A program made the position numbers and the translations under genes. Of a DNA stretch of 64,000 bases, positions 51,897 through 64,000 are shown piece after piece. Numbering within the stretch: position 1 is the stretch's first letter; each line of letters opens with the position of its first letter. Under the pieces are notes generated by a model that saw only the letters and a program-made list of their open reading frames with translations, made no database searches and had not been told where the DNA came from. Location: positions 1,860,001 through 1,924,000 of the forward strand of contig CDRNST010000382.1 in the NCBI GenBank assembly GCA_977016875.1. The letters are read 5' to 3'. The DNA comes from Pavona decussata. Taxonomy: Eukaryota.

Positions 51897-52220
51897 TTAA
51901 ACGGTAAAATGCTCTCCATTAATAGACAAGATTTTTTACGCAGGATGCCCTGAGGGAGCATACTGTGTCTAAAAACGGGACGATTTCTTTTTCTTCGTCA
52001 TAGCCACAAATCGGCACATTAATTTATTCATTAAACTTTGCCCTCTCCTACTAGGGATGTATTGTTCTGATTGTCTTCAACAAAAGCAGGCCAATCAAAA
52101 TCCATTCTTGTCGCGTCTATCCCGAGGGAGGGGACCCACTCACCCCAACTTGTGTTACGTCAAAGGATCATTTGATTTATTCATTAATCTCAGATTAAAT
52201 TTGTGTTGCCATATTGTTAA

Positions 52221-54655
52221 CCCATTGCAGTCCGAGGCGCCCAAAACCGGCCGCGCGAAAAGCACCCCATGAAAGGCCATGCCGGCCAAAACCGGCCGTA
52301 AAAGCGCACGAAAATAAACGAGTCCTCCCTACCCTCCCTGAGTTTTTTTGTCCTGTTTTGTTGTCATAGATACCAACAAGGTGAATTGACCAATCAGATG
52401 ACGTGTTTTGCGCATTTTTTGACAGGTGATGAGAGGAGCCACGAGGTCTTGACTTCGCCGCTTTGTCTTTGGCTTGCGCGATCGAATTACGATGGCTGAT
52501 AACATTGATCACGTATCCGATAGCGCGTCAGATTTCGAGGACTCAGGGGACGAGGGAAGTTTCTATGGGTTTGAAAATCACAACAAAATGCTAACAGTGA
52601 CTCCGATCTCGATTTCAGTGAGTCAGAGAGCGAAGAGGATCAAAACGAAGGTGAGGAAGACGCAGAAGAAGAGGTAAGTGATGAAGACGCAGATCCCGAT
52701 GAACTTCGGTGGTCCGATCAACTTTCTCCCTTTCGTATTCCCGATTTTGTTGAGGCTTCCGGCATCAAGTTCCAGCTTCCAGATAACCCCACACCCGTAG
52801 ATTTCTTTTCAGCTTTTGTGGGGGAAGATTTGTTGAATAAAATAGTGCAAGAAACCAACCTTTACGCTCGCCAAAAGCTTGCCGATTCCCCTGCGCGCCT
52901 CGCTAAATTTCGACCGGTTACGCTCGCTGAACTTAAAGCTTTCCTTGCTGTAAATATTATTATGGGTATGGTTAGGCTGCCCAGTTTAGATCAGTACTGG
53001 TCAACTGATGATTTTTTTGGTAATGTAGGGATTAAGAAAGTAATGCCTAAGAATAGGTTTAAGGAATTAAGTAGTTTCCTCCATTTCAACGATGCGACCC
53101 AAGAAGTGGCCCGTGGAAATCCTGGCTATGATCGTCTCTACAAGGTAAGACCCGTGCTAAATTATGTTAGGCAAAATTGTGAAACTAGTTTTAGCCCCAC
53201 TAAAAATCTTTCAGTCGATGAGGGTATGATTCCATTTAGGGGTAGGCTTTCTTTCCGACAATACATGCCGGCAAAGCCAACGAAATACGGGATCAAGGTT
53301 TGGATCGCCGCAGACTCAAGCAACGGGTACGTGTTGAATTTTGATGTTTATTTGGGTAAGGACCCCAGGCTTCAGCGCATCCATGGGTTGGGTTATGATG
53401 TGGTCACCAAGATGATCACCCCTTTTATGAACAGGAACCACCATGTATATTTCGATAATTTTTTCAGTTCAGTTAGGTTGATGGAACATTTGCGGGTTCA
53501 GAAGACTTTCGCTTGCGCGACCGTCCGGGTAAATCGCAAGGACTTGCCGCCATGTGCTCGGCAAAAATTGCGTCCCGGACAAAAGGTTGTTAGGCAAAAA
53601 GGTAAGCTAGTTTTCACGAAATGGCATGACAAACGGGATGTCAGTGTCATTTCTTCAAATGTAAGTCCAGATACCCCTGATGTTGTCATTCGAAGACACA
53701 ATCAGCAGGTCAGCAAGCCAGCCGTGATCGGCCTTTACAATGAAAATATGGGGGGAGTTGACCTCGCCGATCAATTCCGTAAGTATTATTCTGTGGGTCG
53801 TTCTTCTAGGAAATGGTATAAGTATTTGTTTTGGTTCTCTATCGATGTTTCAATTTGTAATGCTTTTATTTTACAGAACCATTTTCTTACCGGGGCAGGG
53901 AGGGCTAAATTAAAGCAGGTTGATTTTCGCACTAGGCTTGCGAAGCAACTTATCGGGGGGTTTTCATCTAGCGTTTCGGCCGCGCAGTCACTAAAGCGCA
54001 AAAAAATTCAGACCCTTTCACTCGGGGAGGAAAATGCAGGTAAGCATTTCATTGACAAAATTAAGGGTAGGAAGAGACAATGTGTCAGGTGTAAGAGGGT
54101 GGGAATTAAGACTCCTTCTGGGCGGCCTGTCGAAACTTCCACTGAATGCGTTCAATGCGGGGTGGCTTTGTGCAAGGTGAATTGTTTTGCGATCTTTCAT
54201 GCGGTAAATTTGGGTTGAACTTCTTCGTTTCCTGAGTCCTCGACTGTCGTAAAATCCACTATGTGATCCTGAAAAATACTCAAAGAAATATAATTTGGTT
54301 ATTATTAGCCGTCTTGTTTGGCTTCTAATTATGCATAATTCGGCTTTCTTTTCACTGTCTTTTGTCCGCGTTGTTTATTTCATTTCGGAAAATGTCGCGC
54401 GGCGAATTAAATTTTCGATTTTTGATTTTCACATTCGCTTTTGAACACCCTTTCGGCCTTTCTCTTTCGATATTTTGGCATATTTCGGCCTTTTGAGTTA
54501 TGTGCTTTGAATAAACTTTGTCTTGTAACCCGATCTTGTGTGTGTGTTTACTGCGCATATGGTTAATATTTAACGCTCGCGTAACGCAAGCAAGAATCGA
54601 AAATCGCCGGCTTTAGGGGTGTCACGCGCGATTTTGGCCCCAGGACCGCATTGGG
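52221..54655 (+). mobile_element. Full-length piggyBac transposon
   Basis: TTAA|cccattgcagtcc ... ggaccgcattggg|TTAA; contains transposase. Confidence 0.92.
52492..54218 (+). CDS. piggyBac (PGBD4-like) transposase with one frameshift at ~52575-52590
   Basis: Acidic N-terminus; SVDEGMIPFRGR, YFDNFF, MGGVDLAD catalytic Asp motifs; C-terminal Cys-rich domain; main frame open from 52575. Confidence 0.85.
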
Positions 54656-55740
54656 TTAACATGTTGTGGACTTAAGTGTGCCGTTTTTTAACGGATATTT
54701 CACCATTTTGAAACGGTAAATCAAAAGAATAACCTCTAAGATGCACTCGACATTAAAAACGGTGGAAATTGGAGAGTTCCTAGCGAGGGAATCGTGCTTT
54801 GTTTGACAGTCTTAGACCACAACGCGAGACTGAAAAGAGGTCATTGAAAAGCTTACGTTATCGTAATGGAATTTCAGAAATTTCCGGTGATAGTCTGAGT
54901 CGCGTAACACAAGGGAAACAATGTAACGCGATCGTGGTGACTCAAACTATTCCATTAACAAGGATAGCTCTATAAATCTGCGAAGCATACAGTTGGAATT
55001 AATGCATCCCGCGTAAATGCCAGTATAGGCATTTTGTTCTTCAAAGTTTCTGTGATGCGACGATCATATTTAATTGATTCTTCTGCAAGGAAAAGTTTTG
55101 GTTTTTCAGCACGCTTCGGCGTGAGTCCATTGTGAAATGTTATTGTCTTTGTAGCATCACGGCAAGGACTGAAAAAAACAATATCTCCGGGTCTCTTTGG
55201 CAGAATTCGCTGATTCAAACGTTAAAATGTTCTCCCTTCATTGGCAATATTTTTCTTGAAACTTCCTGTGATGCGCCGATCACATTTACTTACTTTTTCT
55301 GCAAGGAAAGTTTTGGTTTGGCACGCACCGGCGTTTGTCCATTGTGAAATGTTATTTGTCTTTGTAGCGTCACGGCAAGGACTGAAAAAACGATATCTCC
55401 GGTTCTTTTTCGCAGAATTCACTGAGTCAAATGGTAAAGTGCTCTTTCTTCAAAGCCAAGAGTTTTCTTCAAAGTTTCTATGAAGCACCGATCACAAATT
55501 TGTAAACATTACGCGTTTTACGCGCACATTTTGGTTCGCTTATTTCTGAGCTGCACAGTAGCAATGATGACACCAACCCCTTTATTCTAAATGATGTTGA
55601 TTATGTCAAGGTCTCGTCAGACATGTTACGAAACTTTTCAATATCTAAACTACGCAACCTAGTCAACCAAACAAAATTTCATTTTTTGATTATCAGTGAT
55701 TAACAGGAAACTCAAGTCCCTAAGTATTCTTTAATATTAA

Positions 55741-56111
55741 AGGGGAAGTATCACGAAAATTTGCTGTTATTTCAAAACCCAAAAATGTTTGACTGTCAGC
55801 AGAAACAACGAAATAATTGTCAAGTTTGTTAAAAATTATCACCCCAGTGCAATAAAACTGTCGATTAGTGCCTCTGGCTAGAGACAGAGTAGGTCGGTTT
55901 GGATTGAAACTTGAAAAATATTGGGCTAATGTTTTTCAAGTTCTCGCATTTTTGTTTCCAAGATGCGCTAGAACAGATCACAAGTTGTTTCTTTCAAGAA
56001 TTGAGTTGATTTCGTTCCTCCCTTTATTCTAGAATTAGTTTGGTAGGTGATTGACGGTCTTATTTCATCATTTTTAACAAAAGATATCAAAAACCCCATG
56101 ATACTTCCCCT
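55741..56111. mobile_element. Kolobok-like MITE
   Basis: TTAA|aggggaagtatca ... tgatacttcccct|TTAA; purine termini rather than CCC. Confidence 0.8.
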
Positions 56112-56466
56112 TTAAGGGGTCTGAGTTTTGAGACACCAAGGCGTCTGAGATTTTGGAGGTGTGCGAGCTGAGTTTTGGGGACACCCCAAAAATTCATGTT
56201 TCATATTTTCATGTGGTTGTTTTAGTACCTTCTAATGTGCATACAACATGCAAGTGCTCAACACACATCCATGCATCTTAATTACACTTAAGAACATTGA
56301 AAAGGTCATAATAATGAAGGAATGAATTTTGAAACAAGATAAAGAGGCTAGAAGCCATTTTTTAGGTTTTCAAGCTGTCACAAAAGCCATGCATTCAGCT
56401 TGCTCTCTTATGGCAGGCAAGTGATGCTGACTGGCGAATTGTATTCATCAGAGAAATCCCACATTA

Positions 56467-57728
56467 AGGAGTGTTCATTATTTATGGGGAGGGGCGGGGG
56501 GACAAATGGGGAAACGGAACGTTTGGAACTTTTTGTATCCCCCTCAATGATTAAGGATAATTCTTTTTTGCCTCCCCCATGTTAACGTTTTTGACTCCCC
56601 CCCCCCCCCCAATGATGCATTTGTTATCAAACCATACTCTCATCCTCAACTTAGCGCTTTACTCACCTGCCTTTTGCTTGCTCCACTAGCAGTAGAAGAA
56701 AAAAATCAGCATTTGTGTTGCCTGTCCACCTCCTCACTGTTCTTCCAGTTCGTGTGACTTGACAGTCAACTATACAAATTAATGTTTTTGACATGAATTG
56801 TTAAAATAAATCTTAAAAAGGATATATGTTCTATCTTTTAAAACACTGGTTGTCTGATTTTTATACGGGATAATGCTGCTGCTTATGGTCAGTCTCTTGA
56901 TTGCCGAGATAAGTCATTACTGCCAAGAAATTGTGACAGAGTAGAGCAAGGGATAAAAGAACTTGAAGACCTTGAAGTACTGTTGGAAAAGGGAAAAGAG
57001 AAAATGATGGCCCACATGGAAGAGCTTTTTACTACCCCTGGTATATTAAAAAGATGGGCCAAAGAAGGAAAATTGTACTGTGAAGAAACTATTACGTATG
57101 TTAATGTACAGGTTGAAGTGATCAAGAGGGTGTTTGTCCAACTGGCAGACACTAAAAAAAAAGTCGAGTGAGTAGGAGGGGATAAGAGGCCAAGAGAAAG
57201 GCAAAACAGAGGAAAGAAAAGAGAAAAAGATTGTGCCCAGCTGCAGTTGTGGAGTCCTTGACTGGGGAAAGTGCAGAAGAAGTTATATTGCCACTGTCAG
57301 ATGACATGATCTGCCTGCAAAACACTGACAGCCTTCATCCAACCGTTCAAGTAAAAGGCCTAGATCAACTTATTTCTGAGGGCGGCCTATCTATTGGTGC
57401 AGCCAGTGAAATCCAAACATATCTAACTAGCAAATCCATTGAATGGAACCCATTTGCTGTGTAAACTATTGGTGTAAGATTACATTTTGAAATGCTCTTT
57501 AGCATTGTTGTGTCTTATGGTTTGATTTACTGTGGTACAGGTACATTAAATGTCATGCGGTTCTGGAAGAATTAAAAATAAAAAAAAAATTAAAAAACCT
57601 AGTGATATCAGCCCTCAAACTTTCCCCCCCCCCTCCCCCCCACCTCTTCCCCAGATCCAGAGTAAAACCTTTCTGAGCCCCCCTCCCATTTGCTAGTCCC
57701 CCCCTCCCCATAAATAATGAACACTCCC
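56467..57728. mobile_element. PIF/Harbinger-like non-autonomous element
   Basis: TTA|(a)ggagtgttcattatttatggggagggg ... cccctccccataaataatgaacactccc|TTA. Confidence 0.85.
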
Positions 57729-58456
57729 TTACTTTGCACTCTTATCACACAGGCTTGAAGCTTTCATTGATAAGCACATTTGCAAATGACCCTTACCGTG
57801 CATGCAATTCATACCACAATATACCCTGCTAAGTCTCAAGTGCGACAGCAAAAAGAAGGAAAACAAACACCAAAAACAGGAGAATACTGCGTGATCGCAG
57901 ACCCCGTTCCCAAGCCAGGTAGAATGATCATGAACAAATCGAGGAATTCCACACGAATGCATACAGTGTACGAAGGCTGCTTGAAGGCGCTTACTAGTGA
58001 CTCGGCGTTCTTCCCATTGAATTTATGAAAATGAACCACCAGATAAAATCTCCAACGCCCTTGCAACCAAAAAATAAAAAGTTCAGAGTGTCATTTCCAA
58101 AGGAGGGAAATTGCCCCATTTCGCGAACTTGATTTCAGTGATGAAGCGACACACGTGTGCTAGCCAACGAGGAAACTAAAAATTGCACGCTTAAATTCTA
58201 CTTACCATCACCAGAAAACTTCCTTTCTGCATTGGCATAGACTGCTACATTTCTTGTACGTACTCAGCAGGAACTACAGCGCAGCACATTCATTCAGAGG
58301 GATTCGCTGAATCAAACAAACTACATCACATCCACCCACGACGCAAGATGACCAACAATGCATTGCGATGCTAAAAAGTTGGGGGCTCGGCTAGCTTGCA
58401 GAACGCCGAATACCGAACGCCGAACGCCGAATCCTTGATAGTCCCAAAATATCTGC

Positions 58457-58582
58457 CATAGACTTTCTCAAAGTCGCTCGCTTCTCTCTACTGACTGGCT
58501 CGCTCGCGCTCCGCGCTCGCTCGCTCGAGCTCTAACGATCGCGCTTCGCGCTCTCTGAGCTCGACTTGTAAGCAAGTCTATG
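58457..58582. mobile_element. Short palindromic GC-rich MITE
   Basis: catagactt...aagtctatg ends; tctgc on both flanks; internal gctcgc repeats. Confidence 0.55.
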
Positions 58583-59232
58583 TCTGCCATAACAGCCGGC
58601 TGTAAAATCATTGCTTGACACTAAATAGTATAGAAAAGTGCTTAGACCTAAATAGCCGGATCAGGATTAGCAAATGCAAGGCTGATCGGACAGCTAAAAT
58701 AATTTTATTGCCCAATATTTCGGTTAGACAAAACTTATAAACTAACCTTCTTCTTCTTCTTCTGCAAAAAGCTAAGTGAAAATTACCCAAGACACCGGGA
58801 GCTTTCCGTTGTAACAGAAATAGGTGCAAAATGTGTCCCTTTATTACCTAGGGAACCACGTTTTACACCTTTTTCTCCACAAGCGAACACAGATCCATAC
58901 GACATCGCATCGCGTGCTCGTCCTTAAATCTCATCTACATGATACAGTGCTCCAGATGCAAGTTACATAGGAAAGACTAAACGACATCTCAAACAGAACA
59001 AAAGGAAAATCACAACCATATATACAGTTTATACAATGCAATGAATCCGAACTACAGTATCGACCAAACAGCACAGGAATGCGGCGGTACCACCAAAAAT
59101 ACATGAATTTCAAACGGTACGGACAAGTAAAGAGATGGTTCAAGTGTCCATTACAAAACAAACTGTTCAACTTTCTTTACTGGAATAGAAAAGTGTAAAA
59201 CGAAACGGTCTAGCTGAAACACAAAAAGACTA

Positions 59233-59652
59233 TGTTACGGAAACGAAGACCCTCGAAACATGTCGAAAACGAAGACCTTAGACCTAGGACACGGTCCTAG
59301 TTTTCGTAGTACGAAAGCTATTTTAGATATTGTAGCTAAAATAGATTCTAACAGGCGATAAGGCTTGTCTGCTGGAAAATTCTCGATACAAAGACGGCAG
59401 TTCTTTTTGCTGACGTAGGGTCTACGAAAACAAAGACCCCGGCAGAAAAAAAAATTGTTATTTAAGCTTTTGATATGTTGACTGACACTTCGCGCGTGGT
59501 GCTTCTTGGTCTTTCTTCAGTCACCACTGCTTTCGGCTCTTGGATTTGTTTTTCTATAAAATGAGTTCAAGCTTGGCACGAGTTCGAGTTTTAACCCTGA
59601 GTTACTAGTGCGCAGTGTACCGGGTCTTAGGCCTTCGTTTTCGTAACACCCC
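59233..59652. mobile_element. MITE remnant with inverted cgaaaacgaagacc motifs
   Basis: tgttacggaaacgaagacc vs ggccttcgttttcgtaaca. Confidence 0.5.
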
Positions 59653-60396
59653 CTACATAGCTTCACTCGAGGCGAAAATTGAACGAATTTGCTCTTCAGG
59701 CATGAACACAGGTCTGTCTGAATCGATTTTTCATTTAAGAAAGCTTGTATATCTGTGTCTTGATTCACAGAATTTCTTCACTATGCGTTCTTATGCAAAC
59801 CATGGGAAAGGGTAAACAAACCGAAATCCTCCAGCGCATACCAAATTCGCCGTTCATTTACCCCTCTGAATTTTATACATTGCTTTTTTACTGCAATATT
59901 GCACAAAAATTAAGCAGTAGCCACATGCAATCATAGACTGCCTTTTATTATTCAAGGTCTCAGTAGATTGTGCGGCTACAAGATTAATTTACAGACGAAC
60001 CTTCAGATATTCTTTCAAGGTGATAATTTTGGTAATAAAGAAAAGTCGCACCAAAAATACCAAAACAACGACAACGATAAGAACAAGGCAGGAAAAAGAT
60101 AATTGAAAAATGGAGAAAGGAAAGAGGAGGGGGCTTCTGTATTTAGAAAAGGCTGCAACCACAACCCCCTTTAATCTGCCCCTCCAGCAATCAAGGCAAA
60201 GTTTGCAGGCTTTGTTTAGCAAGGGATGTCACAAGATAAAGCGAAAAATCACCAAACTTTGCAGTGTACATAGACTTCTTGTAACTGTCAGAAGCAATCT
60301 CTATGAAGGCAAACTGTGCAAGCAGTATTATAAAACAATTACACGAAAACTGAAAGAAACAGTGTCTCTTTATTAAGCTTTATTCTATACATTGCT

Positions 60397-60715
60397 TTAG
60401 TTCATTTTACGGATGAGCTGATTGATCTTGTCCTCACGATTTCCATGATCGCCCCCCTCAACAAAGTGCGTGGTCATCTTACGGAAACCACCCTTGGGAG
60501 AACTGAGCTTGAATGGCCACAGGAAGTTGTTAGCCTCCTTAAAGTGCTCCCCAACAGTGTAGATTTCATGAATGAGATCCTCTACACAGATGATGCCATC
60601 TTTGCCCAGCTTCTGTTCAATGATGGAGTTGTCAGTAATGGCAATGCGCTGTTTGTTCACTTTACCATAACCACGCTTGTAGATCAGCTCACGCACACTC
60701 TTCAGATTTGGGTAT
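60397..60715 (-). CDS. RPL7: 60S ribosomal protein L7 (uL30), last exon
   Basis: [18 protein letters not shown]...[13 protein letters not shown]...[23 protein letters not shown]; tag acceptor at 60716; AATAAA signals at ~60369-60384. Confidence 0.97.
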
Positions 60716-61162
60716 CTACAAAAAAAGTTTTTAAAATAAGCTTGTGGGTTTGTACAGGTGCTCGCTACATAAAAATTCCAAGTTTCTTATGCACAGATCA
60801 ATTCGAACTGTGCACCCCCCACCTCCAGAGTAAGGTATTTTGAAAATTGTATCCGTAAATAAAGTAAGCAATTGTAAAGACAACTTCAAGCAGGCATAAA
60901 AAACTTTATTGTGCAACACAGCTCAAGAAAACTCTTAAAAAACTGCACGTTTGCAACAAATCTCAACCACCACAACAGTAGTACATTACACAAACAGAGG
61001 ATGGTACACCAGTGATCTTGATGACATGAAGTTTGATGAAGTTTAACTCTTACTGGAATGTTATCAGCTTTAAAAAAATCACCTTCAAAGAATGCAGGTG
61101 ACCACTGCAACAGGGTACACTTTCCCTAACATCATATCAAAACATTATTTAATTCTACCCAC

Positions 61163-61300
61163 CCGTAAGCAACATATGGTTGCACAATTCGCAGCATGTT
61201 AATCGTGGCTTTATTCAGCTTAATGAAGACACCATTGTGGATCTGAAGAAGGCGGAACAGCTGAAGAATCTTCCGCACCTTTGGGCTCACACCGTTGATA
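61163..61300 (-). CDS. RPL7: RPL7 penultimate exon (upstream exons not found; likely beyond the window)
   Basis: [46 protein letters not shown]; ag/gt boundaries with phase matching the last exon. Confidence 0.95.
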
Positions 61301-61478
61301 CTAAAACAAAACAACAGAACCCACATTAACCAAAAGGCTTGTTATCAACAGTACAATATACATTTACAATGGTTCTACTGTAGTCATTGAATTACAGGTA
61401 ACAGGACTTGAGACTAACTTTTTAGCTCACTAGCCCAGTGGCTAGTAATAAGTCTAGTTTCCTTAGTTGAAACAAAAT

Positions 61479-61790
61479 TAGCCTACAAGCAAGCTCTTGG
61501 GGAGGGGGGGGGGGAGGGGGAAGGAGAGCTTGCATTGATGTCTCAGGAATTTGAAAATCTGCTTCGAAAATGTTGATGAAAAATGCTGATTGGTGGATGT
61601 TGAATTTGGTGCTTATGTCATTACTCTTCACGTGCATTGTCTTGACTATAAAATAATAGTGGAAAGTAGAGTTTCCATTCATCTAGTTCTGGTTGCATGT
61701 AACAGGACAATCCTGAATTACTCAATTTGCAGCTCTTGCTCCTTCTCCCCTACCTACCCTCCTCTTCTCTGAGAGCTTGCTCACAGGTTA
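61479..61790. mobile_element. Academ-like MITE in RPL7 intron
   Basis: AAAT|tagcct..agcaagctct ... agagcttgct..aggtta|AAAT (4-bp TSD). Confidence 0.7.
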
Positions 61791-64000
61791 AAATAGAATG
61801 TTCTGTAGCCTCAGTTTCACTATTTTGTTTTATGAAAAGAAAAGGGAACAAGCTCGGACATTTTCTGTTTGGTGTGAAATAACTATTAAGAAACACTCTC
61901 CAATGCTTGAAACTTTTTTTACTGTTGATTAATTTTGTTATTTGTAATCGAAATTTTAAATTGACCTTAACAAGATAAAGCTTTAACTCTACGCAGGAGA
62001 CAGTCAAACGTGAGTAATTTCTAAGAAAAACATGGCTTCTTTGAGTTAGTTGATTAGAGTTTTAGCTTCATTAAAAATTTGTACTTCAACATTTGAATGG
62101 TTGGAGTCAAATCAATTCTAAACTAATTCAAACGCTCAAAAAGTAAGTGTACATGTCCTCTCTAGCTCAATGTTTATGCTAAATGAAAGGGAAGTAGGTC
62201 GTTTATTTTTTAAGGAAGTCAATTCAGAATCTGCTCACACTCTTATTTTATTTATTTTTTACTTGCTTACTTTTTTCATTTCTTTTGTCCATCCAGCACT
62301 TTACAATTTTTACTGGCCAAAGTGGTTAGTAAAAGCACAAACCTCCTAGCTAGAAATGAAGTTTTACCAGTCTGTAGCGAGTAAGCTACATGTACCATTA
62401 ATTTCAAGCCCTGAAATACCTAAATAACTGTTCATTGCATGGTTTATCTCCCCAGTAATGGTCACATAGTGACTCTGGGAAGCACAAGGAATATACAAAG
62501 TACTGCACCAAACCAGTGACACACTGGGGGCAGGTTTGATCTCCAACGACATGGCAAGGAACAGACATCATGCATTGTGTCCTAAGGACACTCAGCTCCT
62601 GACAGCCATTAAAACAGAGCCAGTGGGGGCCAACCCACTGGGTGCTACGTTGGAAATTCAACAAATCACAAATCCCTAGCGACATGTATATAAGGCAGTA
62701 GAATAAAGAAATCGACTGTTCAAATTATTTCCTAGCTATTCAGAGTAGTCTCTAAAATTAATGATAAAAACAACTGACAAAATCAGTTCACCCACCTTAA
62801 CTGATTTTCTAAAAGGCTACTAAAGGTTCTTACCATATCTCTAAACTAAGAAATGTTTCAACAACTTTATACATTGTCATATCCTAAGTTGGAATCAAAA
62901 CGCTGTGATTTCATATCATCAACTATTCATGATCTACAGTGCAGGTCAGAAGTGAAACAAGAATTGGGTGTATTATGCACCTGCACTGGTCACACACATT
63001 AAAAACACACACACACACCAAAGTTCACTACTATGAATGAGCTGGATGATGTTGCAATAGTTTGGCCAGACATTTTGAAGAGTATTTTGTCCCCTATTGT
63101 TCTAATTGTCTTCAGAAAGGACTGACAGATCAGAATATGTCTGTGTAAATGTTAATGGTGCCAATTCAGAAGGAAAACAATCTTTTTGACATGGTTAATC
63201 AAATGAATAACTTCAAAGAAATACTTGACAACTTAAACAGTACAAAACCGAGAGTCTGTGGCGAAGAAATTGCAGATTATGTCTTTTTCAAAGCAAAGAG
63301 GATGTAGAGATAAACGCTTATCCATTCACCACTACACATGCAAAAGAAAAATCTCAAACAACATTAAATGAAGATACATTTTGTGAAAGCCAGTCACAGT
63401 TCAAATAATAACTTTTCCATAGCTTTTCACCTGTTCACTGCAAGCTGTTCAAAATTTAAAAGAAAACACAATGCATGTGTTCATTTTGATGTACAGTACC
63501 ATGCAAATGTAGGTTGACAGTCCCTCGAAACTCGAATTTCGCAACTCAATCCTCAAAAGCTTCAAGTATGAGTGCATTGAGTTTTGAGACAAGGAAACAA
63601 AGAACTTTTCGCGTGATTTCATTAGTTTTTCACACATCTTATCCAAGGTTCTTATCAGTTCCTTTTTACAGGAACCATCTATGCAGAGATAGCCAACTGT
63701 GTTTCCATTTTTGTTGGAGCGATGGCGTACGTGTATGCTCAAGCTGGAAAGAGTTCGCTCTTTAAGCGTTTTCTCGGTTCCTTGCCGATTACAACCCAAA
63801 GTATAGTGCGTTTTTAATCAAGGAATGCTGTTTTTGAAGTTTTGATTCCAAAGTTTAAAGTACAATCAAGCATATTTATGTCCAGCGTACTGGTTTTAGC
63901 AAGGTTAAAAGCGATCGCGCATTTCCATTCTCAGTGGTAATCCAGTCATCTGTCGGAGGAAGACACAGTTACAATCCGAAATCAGTTGATAGAAAATGGA

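Larger units (their letters stand above)
49770..55558. mobile_element. TA-flanked Tc1/mariner-type non-autonomous shell hosting nested piggyBac elements
   Basis: ta|cagtcctgctcagaaataagcgaac ... gttcgcttatttctgagctgcacag|ta (18-bp perfect core); the ~205-bp repeat unit of 55020-55500 is also found split around the 50816 insertion. Confidence 0.75.

Noticed and set aside
52674-52812. Intron rescuing the piggyBac frameshift (AG|GTAAGT ... ttttcag)
   Set aside because: Splicing would land in the wrong frame and delete typical acidic N-terminal coding sequence
60445-60843. 132-aa + strand ORF
   Set aside because: Antisense shadow of the RPL7 exon
60716-64000. Intronic snoRNAs in RPL7
   Set aside because: No convincing box C/D or H/ACA arrangement seen by eye; needs snoscan/Infernal

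Overview
AT-rich eukaryotic DNA; the repeat families suggest a cnidarian, probably a stony coral (inference). Positions ~1-58 kb are almost entirely transposon-derived. They form a dense patchwork of decayed fragments: Tc1, L2/CR1 LINE, Gypsy gag, BEL/Pao, DIRS/Ngaro, MULE/Mutator-like, piggyBac, ISL2EU/THAP, Sola2, Helitron PIF1 and RPA-like, a Penelope-type hammerhead ribozyme and many MITEs, plus a partial ~8.5-kb-period duplication. Two elements look young. (1) A complete 6.3-kb hAT element (33650-39938; 16-bp perfect TIRs, 5-bp TSD, inserted into a Tc1 ORF) whose intact, apparently spliced transposase carries an N-terminal vertnin-like OTU cysteine-protease domain with catalytic Cys/His retained. 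(2) A full-length piggyBac (52221-54655) with one frameshift, nested in a TA-flanked TIR element. The only clear host gene is the last two exons of RPL7 (minus strand, 60397-61300). TE coding fragments are strongly biased to the + strand (about 23 vs 3 by my count), i.e. antisense to a transcript running leftward from the RPL7 side, which suggests a flamenco-like uni-strand piRNA cluster. Family assignments rest on motif recognition by eye; no database searches were run.
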